Shown in pieces: positions 53,421-64,000 of a stretch of 64,000 nucleotides of DNA. The stretch comes from Saccostrea echinata. Its lineage: Eukaryota. Each line of letters starts with the position of its first letter. Within the stretch, counting starts at the first letter, position 1. Under the pieces are notes generated by a model. It made no database searches. It had not been told where the DNA came from and was given only the letters and a program-made list of their open reading frames with translations. The stretch covers positions 1 to 64,000 of the forward strand of contig NW_026889807.1 in the NCBI RefSeq assembly GCF_033153115.1, read 5' to 3'. A program made the translations under genes and the position numbers.

Positions 53421-54755
53421 GATGAAGATGCACGTTATATTAACACACACTGAACGGTCTGAATAAAGCTGAAGACTGGCTCAGGGACTCAATAATTCTG
53501 TCATTATTAAGAAAATGACATAGTTGTCTTTAAAATCTCATAATTAGGTAATCAAGCAATTATCCCTCTCACTGTAACTTTTCATCTTCAAACTATTATC
53601 CTAACAATTAAGAGACTACTTAAACAATTCGATGGTCTGTGACTTCCTAATGGTCAAACAATGAAAACTTAATTGCATGGTCAAACATATTTTAATTACT
53701 TAGCATTATTAACCAAAATTCTGCATTTTGCTTCGTATCCTCAGTTGAAATTTGAAATATTTGAGAAATTTGGTAAATCAAATTTAATTTTTTAATTGGT
53801 AAAATTTCAAAGTTTTTCAAACAAAGTATAATTGCATAATTATTTGAGTTTCCTGCATGTGGTACATGTTTTTTATCTCCCTTAATATTTCACAAAATTA
53901 TGTCCATTACAATTGAATAGTTATTAGATCTCCAAAATAAATGATGGATTTAGAATGGGATTATAATTATAGAGTTTTCAAACAATTAATTTTGTTACGA
54001 TAAATTAATTGATGTTCATACATGTGATACATGTAAATGTTCTATCATCCCCTGGAGAATAATCATCAGTATTTCTTCTCATGCAAAAATATACAGATTT
54101 TGATCCTTAAGTTATAGAAAAGAAATTTGACGAATTCATTTGGCAAATGGGAAAATCACATACTGTTTAAACTCAACCTTTACTCTTGGAAGATAAATTG
54201 TAAAGTAATGTTGATTATTTTTTTTTCAATTTCTTCGAGGAGGGGGGCTTATTAATTAAAAACTTTGACCCATATATGTAAATAAGTTTTGTATGTAATT
54301 CACATGTACATGATGTGTGAAAATGGTTTGTTAAGTTTTAAGAATTTCTGCCCCAGCTATCACATTTGTAAAATTTAAAGGCAATAAAATACATTATGTA
54401 TGTTCAAAACCAATTCCTCTCACAAACAATGTCTATTTTTATAACAATACATGTTGTATGTATTTAGATATTTATTTATTTATTTTATTTTTTTTTTTAA
54501 TATAAATTTGCCCTTTTGAGAAAGGGGGGATTAATATCCTTCACTCCTAGTTTAACAAAATTAGAAAAAAGGTGATAAGGTAAAATTGAACTCATTTTGA
54601 TTGGTTAAGAGCACTGGCCAATGAAAATACAGTTCAGCTGTTGAACTCTCTCCCTTGATCCCCCCCAGTTACCTTTAGTTTAGTCCTTATAATTTCATGA
54701 TAGTAATATGACATGGGTTCTCTGCATTTGTATCTGTTGTTTTGTCCTCAGCAGT

Positions 54756-57700
54756 ATGTCTTTTCAAGTGAAACTTGATGGTAATTAAAAAGTTAATGAT
54801 GTTTTTTGCTAAGCAATATGCTAAAATTTAAAAACCTAAAAAAAAAAAGAAACTAAGATATCCTTATTATAAATAGATATTAAACAAACAAACGACCATG
54901 TAGAAAAAGACCTGTAATAATTTTTTTATTGGAACAATTGTTGCAAATTTGTGTGAATTTTAAATGAAAATAGTGAATTCTTTGAGTTATTTCAGATAAA
55001 ATCTTGGAACCAATTTTTTTTAATAAATAAAAATCCAAATGGGATTGAAAATGACATCAGCAATAATTAATTTCTTTTCATTTTTTTAAGGATCTACTAG
55101 ATTGTGCAAGTGTACTGAATGCTGTGGAAAGTGGGTACCAAGGAGTACATTCTATAGACATGCCCAGGATGACATTACAAGAAAAGAAGAACTGGTTACT
55201 CCAAAGTTCATGTTCAATGAAGATGCCTACAAGGACCCTTGTCTCCTTAGACCTTTGTATGAAGGATCCAAAGTAACTGTGCTGGAAGCTGTGACGCAAC
55301 ATTTATATGTGTTTTCAAGTAACCATGGGGTGTCCAAAAAAGCGATTTCAGATGTACTGCATAATGAAAAGCAAACACTCCCAAAGCCCAACCACTTGCC
55401 TGCATCGTTTGAGGAAGCCAGGAATGTTATTAAACATCTTCTTATCCCTCTTGTGAAGTACGAAGTTTGTATAAATGACTGCTTGCTGTTTCGAGGTGCA
55501 CATGCTGATATTGATACCTGTCCAGAATGTGGTGAGCCTAGAAGAGTCAATGGACGTGTTAGGAAGACTTTTACCTACATGCCACTTGGGCCAAGACTTG
55601 CACGGTGGTTTGGAACCTCAAATTTGTGCCAGTTGTTATATGCCGATAAGATTAAAATACGTGGAACGTTGACAGATTTTACTGATGGACTGCTATACAA
55701 GTCCTGGTTTCAGGAAGGAGGTGTCTTTGAAGGCTGGCAGGAACAACTATGTGTCCCTCTTTCCCTTTTCACTGACGGAGTGAATCCTAACAAACATTCA
55801 TCCAGTCAGAAATCAATGTGGCCGCTTATTCTTACTTGGATAAATCTGCCTAGAAACATCCGTCAATTCCTTGGACCCATGTTTTTAATGGGAATAATTC
55901 CAAGTGGTATAAATGGGAGTGAGCCAAAGAATTTGGAGCCATACTTGGAAATTTTGACAGAGGAGTTGCTTGGCTTGACAGAATTTCCTGTAAAGACATC
56001 GTACACTACAGCACCTGTAAAAGTAAAAGTGGCATTGTTACAGTTTCTGTGCGACATCCCAGCATATTCTAAACTTTTACATCTGAGTGGTGCAGCTGCT
56101 TTAAGATCATGTCCGTATTGCCAAGAGACTGGACACTATTGTCATTTCCTGAAGAAAACCATTCATTTGTCAAACAGAAGTTTCCTTCCTCTTAGTGACT
56201 CTATGCGAGGTTCTTCTGGATTCGGACTAAAAGAGAGAGACAGTAATGTTCCTGTTTCCTACTCCTTTCAAGAGGAAAAACAACGAAGGGAAGAATACGA
56301 CAAACTGCCAAACAAACACCAGAAAATGAAACACCAAAAAGAGACGGGGATGAAAGGTACCTACACATTCATGAAACTTCCATATCATGATCGCAGAAAT
56401 CAAATGCAACCAGACGGCATGCATACTATTGCTGACTTTATAAGCCATTTAATGGATATGCTTACTGGAAAACATGATAGCCCAAACATCAGAAATTGTG
56501 AGAAAAAGTTTGACAGATTTCCAGAAATATGGATTACGGCAAATCCAAATCCGATGCCACCAGTAAATTCTACATTGCCATCAGCCAAATCAAAGGGGAA
56601 AAGAAAGAGAAAACGTAATGAAGAAAACATTGATCCAGAATGTGTCCTTCCCCCAACACCATGGTCCCTCTCTAAGGAACAACTGAAACTTGCCGATGAG
56701 AGAGCCTCCATGATTAAGTACAGTCTTTTGCAAGACATAACTCCAGGCCCAGATTTCACAAAGCCATGGACGTTACGGACTATGAATTCTAAGCTTCAGG
56801 TAAATTGTTCATTCAATAATTCTTATATTTATTTTAAAATATTTCTTAAGAAATTATAAATTATTATTATTACACACAGCACTGAGGCTTTAGTTGAGCT
56901 TTTATAAGTTTTAGTTTATGGCTTGTACAAGTTTGTTGTCACTGATTTTTTGAAAGGTATTAAATCAAAACAAATGCAGGTACTAATTCTGTATTTTGGA
57001 TTTACAATATTATGTTTATTTTACAGTTTGTTACAAGTGGAGCTCTAGAGTGGTGCATCAAAGGATTCCTACCTGCAAAACAAGAAGACACCCTGCAGAA
57101 AATGCTACATGTTATTAAAAGAATTGTGTCACCAACTTTGAAAGAGGAAGATTTGCCACATCTGCAGAGAGAAGTCCATTCATCCTTAGCATTATTTGAA
57201 AGGGATTTTCCACTGTCCATGCAGGTACAAAATGTAGTTATTTTATTTAATTTGCCCAATTATCAACATTTCTGGCCTATGAGTTTTATATTCTTTCTGG
57301 GTCAGACTTGAATCTGAAGGAAAAGTCTTGTTTGATTTAAATCTTTTTTCAAATATGAATAAAACATTTCATTTAATTGGTTTTAGTGCATATGTAATCA
57401 GACTTTTTTTTAACTTTATATTTAACAGAATTTAGTCACACACCTCATCCACCATATTGTTGATGGTTTTTCAATGTATGGACCCCTCTATGGGAGATGG
57501 CTCTTTGCTTATGAGAGGGCCAATGGCTGGATCACTCGCCAGTGTTTGAAGAAAGGTGCCGAGGAATCAACAGTAATGGAGACATATGCAGTGAGTATAC
57601 TTTATGAAATTTTTTTAACTTTCATTTTCTTTACCACCACTTTATATAGCTACTGACACAGTGTGTGTTTTTCTTGAGCTTCATTTTGTGGATATGCATT

Positions 57701-58560
57701 TCAGTTGATATGATAATAATAAAATAGTGTACATACTGTAACATGTCTTGATGATTGTAATAAAAGGTCTATATTTATAAAAGACAAAATCAGCATAATG
57801 TGCAGAACAAAATTTGAATAAATGGTCTTCTCTAATACTTGTGATAGTTTCGTAAAGGAATAATAGACACTTATCAAAGAGAGAGAGAGTTATCTCTCCT
57901 GTCAGAAGACTGATGAGCCTTAAGATCTCCTTCACTTGAGATGTTGCTGCTTTTGTACTGTTTTATATTTATTTAATTTGTATTTCAATTTAGGTGTATG
58001 ACTGGTGCATGTACATGGTGCTGAGTCAGAAGTTTGTTCCATCATCACATTCAGAAGGAAAAAGTCAACTGATGTCAGCTTGTGAAAACTTGGACAACTT
58101 GCTTCCTACCATGTACAGTATTTCCTCAGCATCTGACAAGCATATTACCTTAACATGTGACATGAAGAACCATATGAACTGTTACTACAGAAGCGGAATG
58201 AATATGGACATTTTTCACTTTGAAGACTCTGTGAAAGAAACTCTGAGATACAAAACTCGTGAGAGGAAGCTTTGTGCCAAAAGCCTAGCATTGACAAAAA
58301 ATGGTAGCCTAGTGAAGATCTTGAGCGCAACTCACACCAACTTGTTCGGAAACATAAATGTTTTTCTGGAACACAATGTGAACTTTAACATTCAGACATG
58401 GGCTGTGATAGACATTTATCCGCAGGCCGAGAAAGAAAATGGATTTTTTCAGACCACAAGAAAGACTGTAAATCAGCGACTTGTACATGTAAATTTGCTT
58501 AGTGACCCTGTAGTGTTTGTGGAAAAGGACAAAGTAATTCATATCTTGGATGTTGCTTAA
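54756..58560 (+). CDS. CACTA/EnSpm DDE transposase (Tnp2/Transposase_21-like + DUF4218-like region), ~886 aa, spliced
   Basis: Exons: 54756-54780 (MSFQVKLD; tentative), 55091-56799, 57027-57224, 57429-57590, 57994-58560; all GT-AG and in frame. Motifs: CINDCLLF..CPECGEPR, FTDGVNP (D), SMWPLIL..NLP, LCDIPA (D), CPYC, PDGMH, HLIHH..GP..WLFAYERANG (E). Basic NLS-like KSKGKRKRKR. Confidence 0.93.
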
Positions 58561-59494
58561 TTTGATTAGAATGTCTAAGGGTAACTGTGGTTAACTGATG
58601 TGAAGTTGTATTAAGTATTAATAAGAAAATAAGAGTTTGAATTTTGGAAAATGCCTGATTTATACATGGAATGGTATACAAGTTGAATTCTGTTCACCAT
58701 AGACTGGTTTGCTATTTATCTCTGAACAAAGAAATATACATTATTAAGTCTATCAAGACATTTCTCTTCAGTGTTTGGATAGACCATATATATATTGTGT
58801 ATGTTGTGTCATAAACTTTGTTATATTTATAACATGATGTACTAAAATAAATAATATCTCCTTTTGAAAAATTGTTTCTATGATGCATTGACATGTTACA
58901 AAATTAAAGTCAACAATTTGTATAATGGTTGTTGCGCAGGGAAACTTTATGGTAAATGTTACTGAAGATAACATTGGCTATTTAACTGGTTGTGCCATTC
59001 AATATTAAGGCCAGACCCAGGGTTTTGTTTTTGGGAAAGGGAGAAAGGATGGGTCGATTATCGGGAAAATATGAATGAATGGTGACAGTATGTGTCTACC
59101 TAGTAGGAAGTTAATATGAACTGAATTCTAGGTCTATGAATCTCTACAAGTTAATGTAACGGGAGAGGAATGTAGTCTCACTTTTTTTTTAATGTAAGCA
59201 TCGAAGACGGTGCTCATTCTCGCAAATTAGTTGATTAAATTCCTTTTCTAATGAGTATTTGTTTACCGCAATACTGCATTTACACAATCAAGGAATTATG
59301 GTGCGCTTGCTGAATTTATTAGAGTATAATGACTAGAACCTGTAATTAGTTGATCAGTGTAGCCGACTTTATACTGGTACTTGATTAATCTTTTGTGTAA
59401 TTTTCCCAATCCAAATAATATTTTGTGGACAGAGTAGAGCCATGCAACAAGAAAGATTATATACTATATTTCATTTTACTCGACAATAAAAAGC

Positions 59495-59719
59495 CAGGTG
59501 CCCGTTTTACAAAAGGACTTATGACTAAGACCAAAATTTAATTCTGCTAATTAATTTCAAATTTACATTGATTTGAAAATGGTTTTAAACTTCTTAAAAA
59601 GAAATTAACAAGGTATTTTTATGCTAGCAATTTCAAACAGAATAATTAATTTTGCAAAATTTTACAATCAACTTAAGTTTTTGGTCTTAGTTGTAAGTTT
59701 TTTGTAAAACAGACACCTG
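59495..59719. mobile_element. Foldback MITE (PIF/Harbinger-like) nested in the CACTA element
   Basis: cag-gtgcccgttttacaaaaggacttatgactaagacc ... ggtcttagttgtaagtttttgtaaaacagacac-ctg; the arms pair over most of the length; CWG flanks. Confidence 0.75.
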
Positions 59720-59779
59720 AATTGCTTTTGAATTTTGTATTCAAGTGGCAAAATGAGGATATAAACGTGTTCAGGCGGA

Positions 59780-60118
59780 GAAAAGGGGGTGGGGGGGGGG
59801 GTCGTATTGTCTTATTTCCTGGATTCAGGCGAGAGTGCATCCGAATCATGTTGTATTTCAGATTCCATGTTATATATTGATTTTAAAAAGTATATAAAAA
59901 TACAGCCATTTTTGTGTCGCATGGACAAGAAGCAGATAACTCGTTAGGTCAAAGAAAAATGGGGGGGGGGGGTGTCATATTGTGTATCGGTATTGTCACA
60001 TATTCTTGATTCAGGTGGGAGTGCTTCCGATTAGAGTCCATATTAGATAGTTTTTCAATGTTGCATTACATTGATGTTAAAAGGAATAAATTAATTCACA
60101 GCCATTTTTGTGTCGAGT
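59780..60118. repeat. Diverged tandem duplication (~180-190 bp x2)
   Basis: poly-G ... tattgtc ... gattcagg ... gagtgc.tccga ... acagccatttttgtgtcg occurs twice. Confidence 0.75.
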
Positions 60119-60572
60119 CTCCGGAAGTGGTAAGAGAGAGTGTCCATTTTGTATAATTCATGACACTATTTTAATGAAGCATTTTAATTTATTTAACTAT
60201 GTATCAAAGAATAAATTTTTGTAGTTCATACCATATTTTATTTGAAAAGAATAAGCACTGTGTCACAGAAAAACAGTTGAGGAAGATCAAAATTAAAAGA
60301 ATAGGGGGAGAAGTTACAAATATTAATTAAATTCAATCTTTCTTGGAAGGAAATTGATAGGGATGTTCAATGAAGGTTTACATTTCATTTCCTCCTTTAT
60401 ATATATATATAAAAAAAAATATTTGTCCATGTCTGTTTTATTCAATGCGACAACAAGTATATTAAAACACTGCAAAATAAAACACGCTCAACGCATACTA
60501 GCGTATTTACGATAAGTACACTAGCTGAAACACAAACAAACAAACAAAAAACAACATGCATACCATATTTTA

Positions 60573-60862
60573 CAGGCCCGTAGCAACAGTTCCAAAGGGG
60601 GGTGGGGGGGTGGGCGCAAAAAAATAACTATCCAAATCCTGGGATTTGCCTGTGACCGACCTTACAGTAATAAAATATTTGATTTTCTGTACTAATTGCC
60701 TGTATTTTCTGCTTGTCATTTTCAAATAAAATATGGTTCAAACTAATGAAATGTGGAAGGGCCAACCAGTATCTAAAGGAAAATTTGCTATAGCAAAAAT
60801 ATCATAGTATACTATACTCAGAAAAAGTCCCCCCCCCCCCGCCCCCGCGCTCTACGGACCTG
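60573..60862. mobile_element. CAG-terminated MITE with 5-bp TSD (hAT-like) nested in the CACTA element
   Basis: tttta|caggcccgtag ... ctacggacctg|tttta, with G-run and C-run subterminal tracts. A similar degenerate element lies at ~6457-6743. Confidence 0.7.
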
Positions 60863-61704
60863 TTTTATTTCATTTTTTTTTTTCTCTTATACTCAAGAAA
60901 TACTAATCACATTGTCAAAGCAAATGAAGGATTATTCATTGCTTAAATTTGCGTTTATCTAATTTTGACTGCCCGTATATGATGATAAATAGATTAGTTA
61001 ATCAAGGATAAATTTTTAATTTAACAGTCTACACATACAGCCGATAAACCGTAATCAAACATCGTAAAGATCAGGAATTTAAATGCATTGCTGGCCATGA
61101 AAATATAAACAATTTAATATGGAATACTTTAACTGTATGAAATTTAATTTTATTTCACACTTCAATTCCTTTTTTCCTCCACAATAATTATTAAAGTATA
61201 ATTGATTGATGGTAGAATTTTCAACATTTGAGATCGGACGTAATTAATGTGATTTTAACACCGTTCAAAAATAGGTAAAAAGAAGGAACACTAATATGGT
61301 CGAAAAGGTGGATGTAAATAAGAACAAAATCCATTTTATACGAAGAAAAGAAAAATATGAGTTTAAAATTATTTAATTTCTGAAAGTGAAAATTAAGGAA
61401 ATACAAAATTTTCAAGTTTTCACTTCATAAAGTGAAATATATTTATTTTTTTATTACTAATCTAATCAAACATAGGTAATAAATTGAAGGGTTATTTGAT
61501 AATTTAACCTTGTATTTTTTTTTTTTAAATAATTTCTGTTGCTAGTCATACACACTATAAAAAAGTAGAGAGAAATATGTGTATATGTATGCATACTTCT
61601 TCACTAAACATCAACATTTCATTAAATAATATTTCTTTTAAATTTCATATATTAAATTAGATATTTATAAAACACTGCAACCCTTTTAAAATAAATTTTC
61701 ACAC

Positions 61705-61983
61705 CTCTGCAGACCCCGCTAGAGCGAGAACAATAGGGACAGTAATTATCAGTAAATGTCAGCACTTGTCTAAGTTTTTCAGCAGGGACAGTAATCGGGT
61801 CAGTAATTGTCTAAGTTTATCAGCACCGACTAAGATTGTCAGCACTTTTCTAAGTTTATCAGCACCGGCAGTAGAAAGGTCAGTAATTGTCTAAGTTTTG
61901 CAGTAAGGACAGTACAAGGTCAGTAATTGTCTAAGTTTGTCAGTAAAAAATGGGAATGTCAGTACATTTCTGACTTAGTAGTG
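61705..61983 (-). repeat. Right TIR of the CACTA element
   Basis: Reverse complement of 48282-48560. Confidence 0.95.
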
Positions 61984-62663
61984 ATACTAGATTATATCAC
62001 TTCTCTGACCCTGTAGGTTTGTTTAAAAATTGTTTCGGTTACCTTGAATATGTTTATTAATTGAAAGAATTAGGATTTAGATTTTACACCTATGTGTACA
62101 AATTTCAAGGTATAATTTTAAAAAAAAGAAGAAAAAAAAACAGCACATACATGTCATTTTTTTTTTTATAGAAAAGAGTACATATAACCTAAGAGCACAT
62201 GTCAACGTTGACTGTTTTGTGTTTGTGTTAAGAAATACCATTTGTGTGTATTAATTACAAGGCATCAAAATGTTTGAAGAATGATAAAATGTATTACTAT
62301 GGAGAATCACCTTTGATTAATTACCTTGTGTACAATTGTCTCCTTGATAACCTTTATCGCAGCCATTCAAGCATGTCCCATTTATATGATGACATTATAT
62401 TGTTCTTTATCAAAGCAAACCCCGCATGACTGAGCACAATTTAGTCCAAATTTACCACCATCACAAACTATTAAAAGAATACAAGATTGATATAGTTTCT
62501 TTAAACTTTCTATGATTAAAATGCTGAAGATCAAAAACAGTTTTGTTAGGGTGACTTCCATACAATAAAATCTCCTAAATTCACACAAAGAGACAAAAAG
62601 AATACATATGATAATAGGAAAATGATCAACATTAAAATATACATGTATTAATTTAATTAATAC

Positions 62664-62711
<48 letters not shown>

Positions 62712-64000
62712 TCCCTTCTTACGATATGCTCTCAGTATTGTAATATGGACTAATATGTATGATCTACTTTGCACATTTGTTCTTTTGACCAAAAATGACA
62801 AATATGATTGCATTTTCTGGTTTTATTTTGTAATTGAAATATAAAAGTAGGCATTTTTCTTTAAATAAGCCGATTAAAATTTTTTAAAGATGAATTTTAA
62901 ATTTACCGAAAAGATTTGATGGACATTAAAATGGTGTAAGAGCAAGAGGGCTTGCATCATCCTCTGCTATGTTTGTTGCTATATCAAAATAGGTAGTTGC
63001 AGGGCCATCTTTGTAAATGGCATTATATTCAACGTTCAATGTAAATTGTGCGCGTGAAAAGTATGGCCCCGACCATTTTAATTTATTCGATTTTCATTTT
63101 TCTCTTAGGACACCGCGAAGTGAATTTCCATTGGATAACTTCCATTTCAATATATTTACATTTGCAAATATTTTTTCTTTGATGAACCTATTATAGAGAA
63201 AATATGTTCAATTCTGTATAAACTTATTAGGGGGTCAGAGGTCATAGCGTGACCGAAATACAGACGCCATTTTCACAGTATTTGTGTTTTTTCATACTCA
63301 CTTATGTTATAATGCACTCTGCATCAAAATATATGATTAAACCCTTAACAATTATGACCAAATTATGACAAAATGGTACCCCTAACAAGTTAAATGATAT
63401 ATAACACTCCCATGTTCTAGACAATAAAAATATTAAAGATTTACTACCTAAAATATGGGGTATATTTTGCGTTATGCTGTTGCAGCTGAAAAAAGGCTTT
63501 GTTTTCCAGTTTTTGTTTCAGGAGATTTACAATAGAAACTCTTAGTTATAGATGTCAAATCATTGTGAAATTATTCCTCTTTTATATGCAATTTACTGTA
63601 TGTAAATCAACAAAATATTAGCGAAATAATGTTTAAATATGTGAAAATGCAGATACGTTATGAAATTTAATAAAATTCTCCTGTTTGAACTTGCAGTTTA
63701 AAAAAATATATGTTAATGCATTACTCTTACTTTAGGTTCATTTTAAAATTAGAGTTAAATGATAAATGAAACAATAAAGAAAAGTTTGAGTGGATTCTTC
63801 GAAACTTTAGAAAATGACACATTTTCTTCTTACTGGCATAAAAATGTCCCAAAATTCTGTAGTGTCCGCAACATGTGCTTACTCTGGAATGCATTATGAA
63901 TTATATTTCTTTTATTTTACATGTAAGAGGCCAGTACAGCTACTAATCTATCTACCAAAAAATATCAGACTTTAGTTCAGTGTTGCTTGGAATTCTGGCA

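Larger units (their letters stand above)
48282..61983 (+). mobile_element. Full-length autonomous CACTA/EnSpm (CMC) DNA transposon, 13,702 bp
   Basis: ata|CACTActaagtcag... and ...ctgacttagTAGTG|ata give a 3-bp TSD. TIRs 48282-48560 and 61705-61983 are 279 bp with two mismatches seen. Internal intact transposase. The paralogous intron shows the empty site (gctttgttgagATAatagaa, 24081-24100). Confidence 0.96.
46065..62467 (-). pseudogene. Tandem paralog of the MEGF10/SCARF-like receptor, last four exons; frameshifted (5' part beyond the window or lost)
   Basis: Exons 62467-62325 (EGF exon, 143 nt vs 138 nt in paralog exon 24558-24421; 5-nt insertion gives an in-exon stop), 47165-47070 (ECPDGRYGYNCQETC..., 96 nt as in paralog), 46426-46315 (TM exon, 112 nt, GC donor), 46209-46065 (SCRNNVCKRKNHQE..VVYEDLVQY*). 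Confidence 0.85.

Noticed and set aside
54708-54755. Upstream in-frame ATG giving the transposase a hydrophobic leader (MTWVLCICICCFVLS)
   Set aside because: The sequence looks like a pyrimidine-rich acceptor (ttttgtcctcag) ahead of the 54756 ATG, and a secreted transposase is implausible; the true start remains tentative.
55078-58681. Several short antisense and alternate-frame ORFs over the transposase
   Set aside because: They are shadows of the real coding strand, with no motifs or splice support.

Overview
AT-rich, repeat-dense eukaryotic genomic DNA, most likely a bivalve such as an oyster. That assignment is inferred from the 166-bp Cg170/CvA-like satellite inside Helentron-type elements and from the receptor gene family present. 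Main contents: (1) the last two exons of a MAM-domain gene (+, 8080-9054). (2) A complete 12-exon gene (-, 20578-40034, 587 aa by my splicing) for a signal peptide + F-type-lectin-like domain + EGF repeats + TM + Tyr-motif tail receptor (MEGF10/SCARF-like). (3) The 3' part of a tandem paralog (-, 46065-62467) that is frameshifted and probably a pseudogene. (4) Inside an intron of that paralog, a young, apparently complete 13.7-kb CACTA/EnSpm transposon (48282-61983) with an ATA target-site duplication and near-perfect 279-bp TIRs. It encodes an intact spliced DDE transposase on + and a second, divergently oriented, spliced gene of unknown family on -, plus a decayed signal-peptide-like segment. 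The rest is MITEs of several superfamilies, HINE elements with satellite arrays, tRNA-SINEs, Penelope-like remnants (GIY-YIG, RT C-terminus, a hammerhead ribozyme) and short hairpin elements. One assembly gap lies at 36781-37018. All gene models were spliced and translated by eye; no database searches were run.
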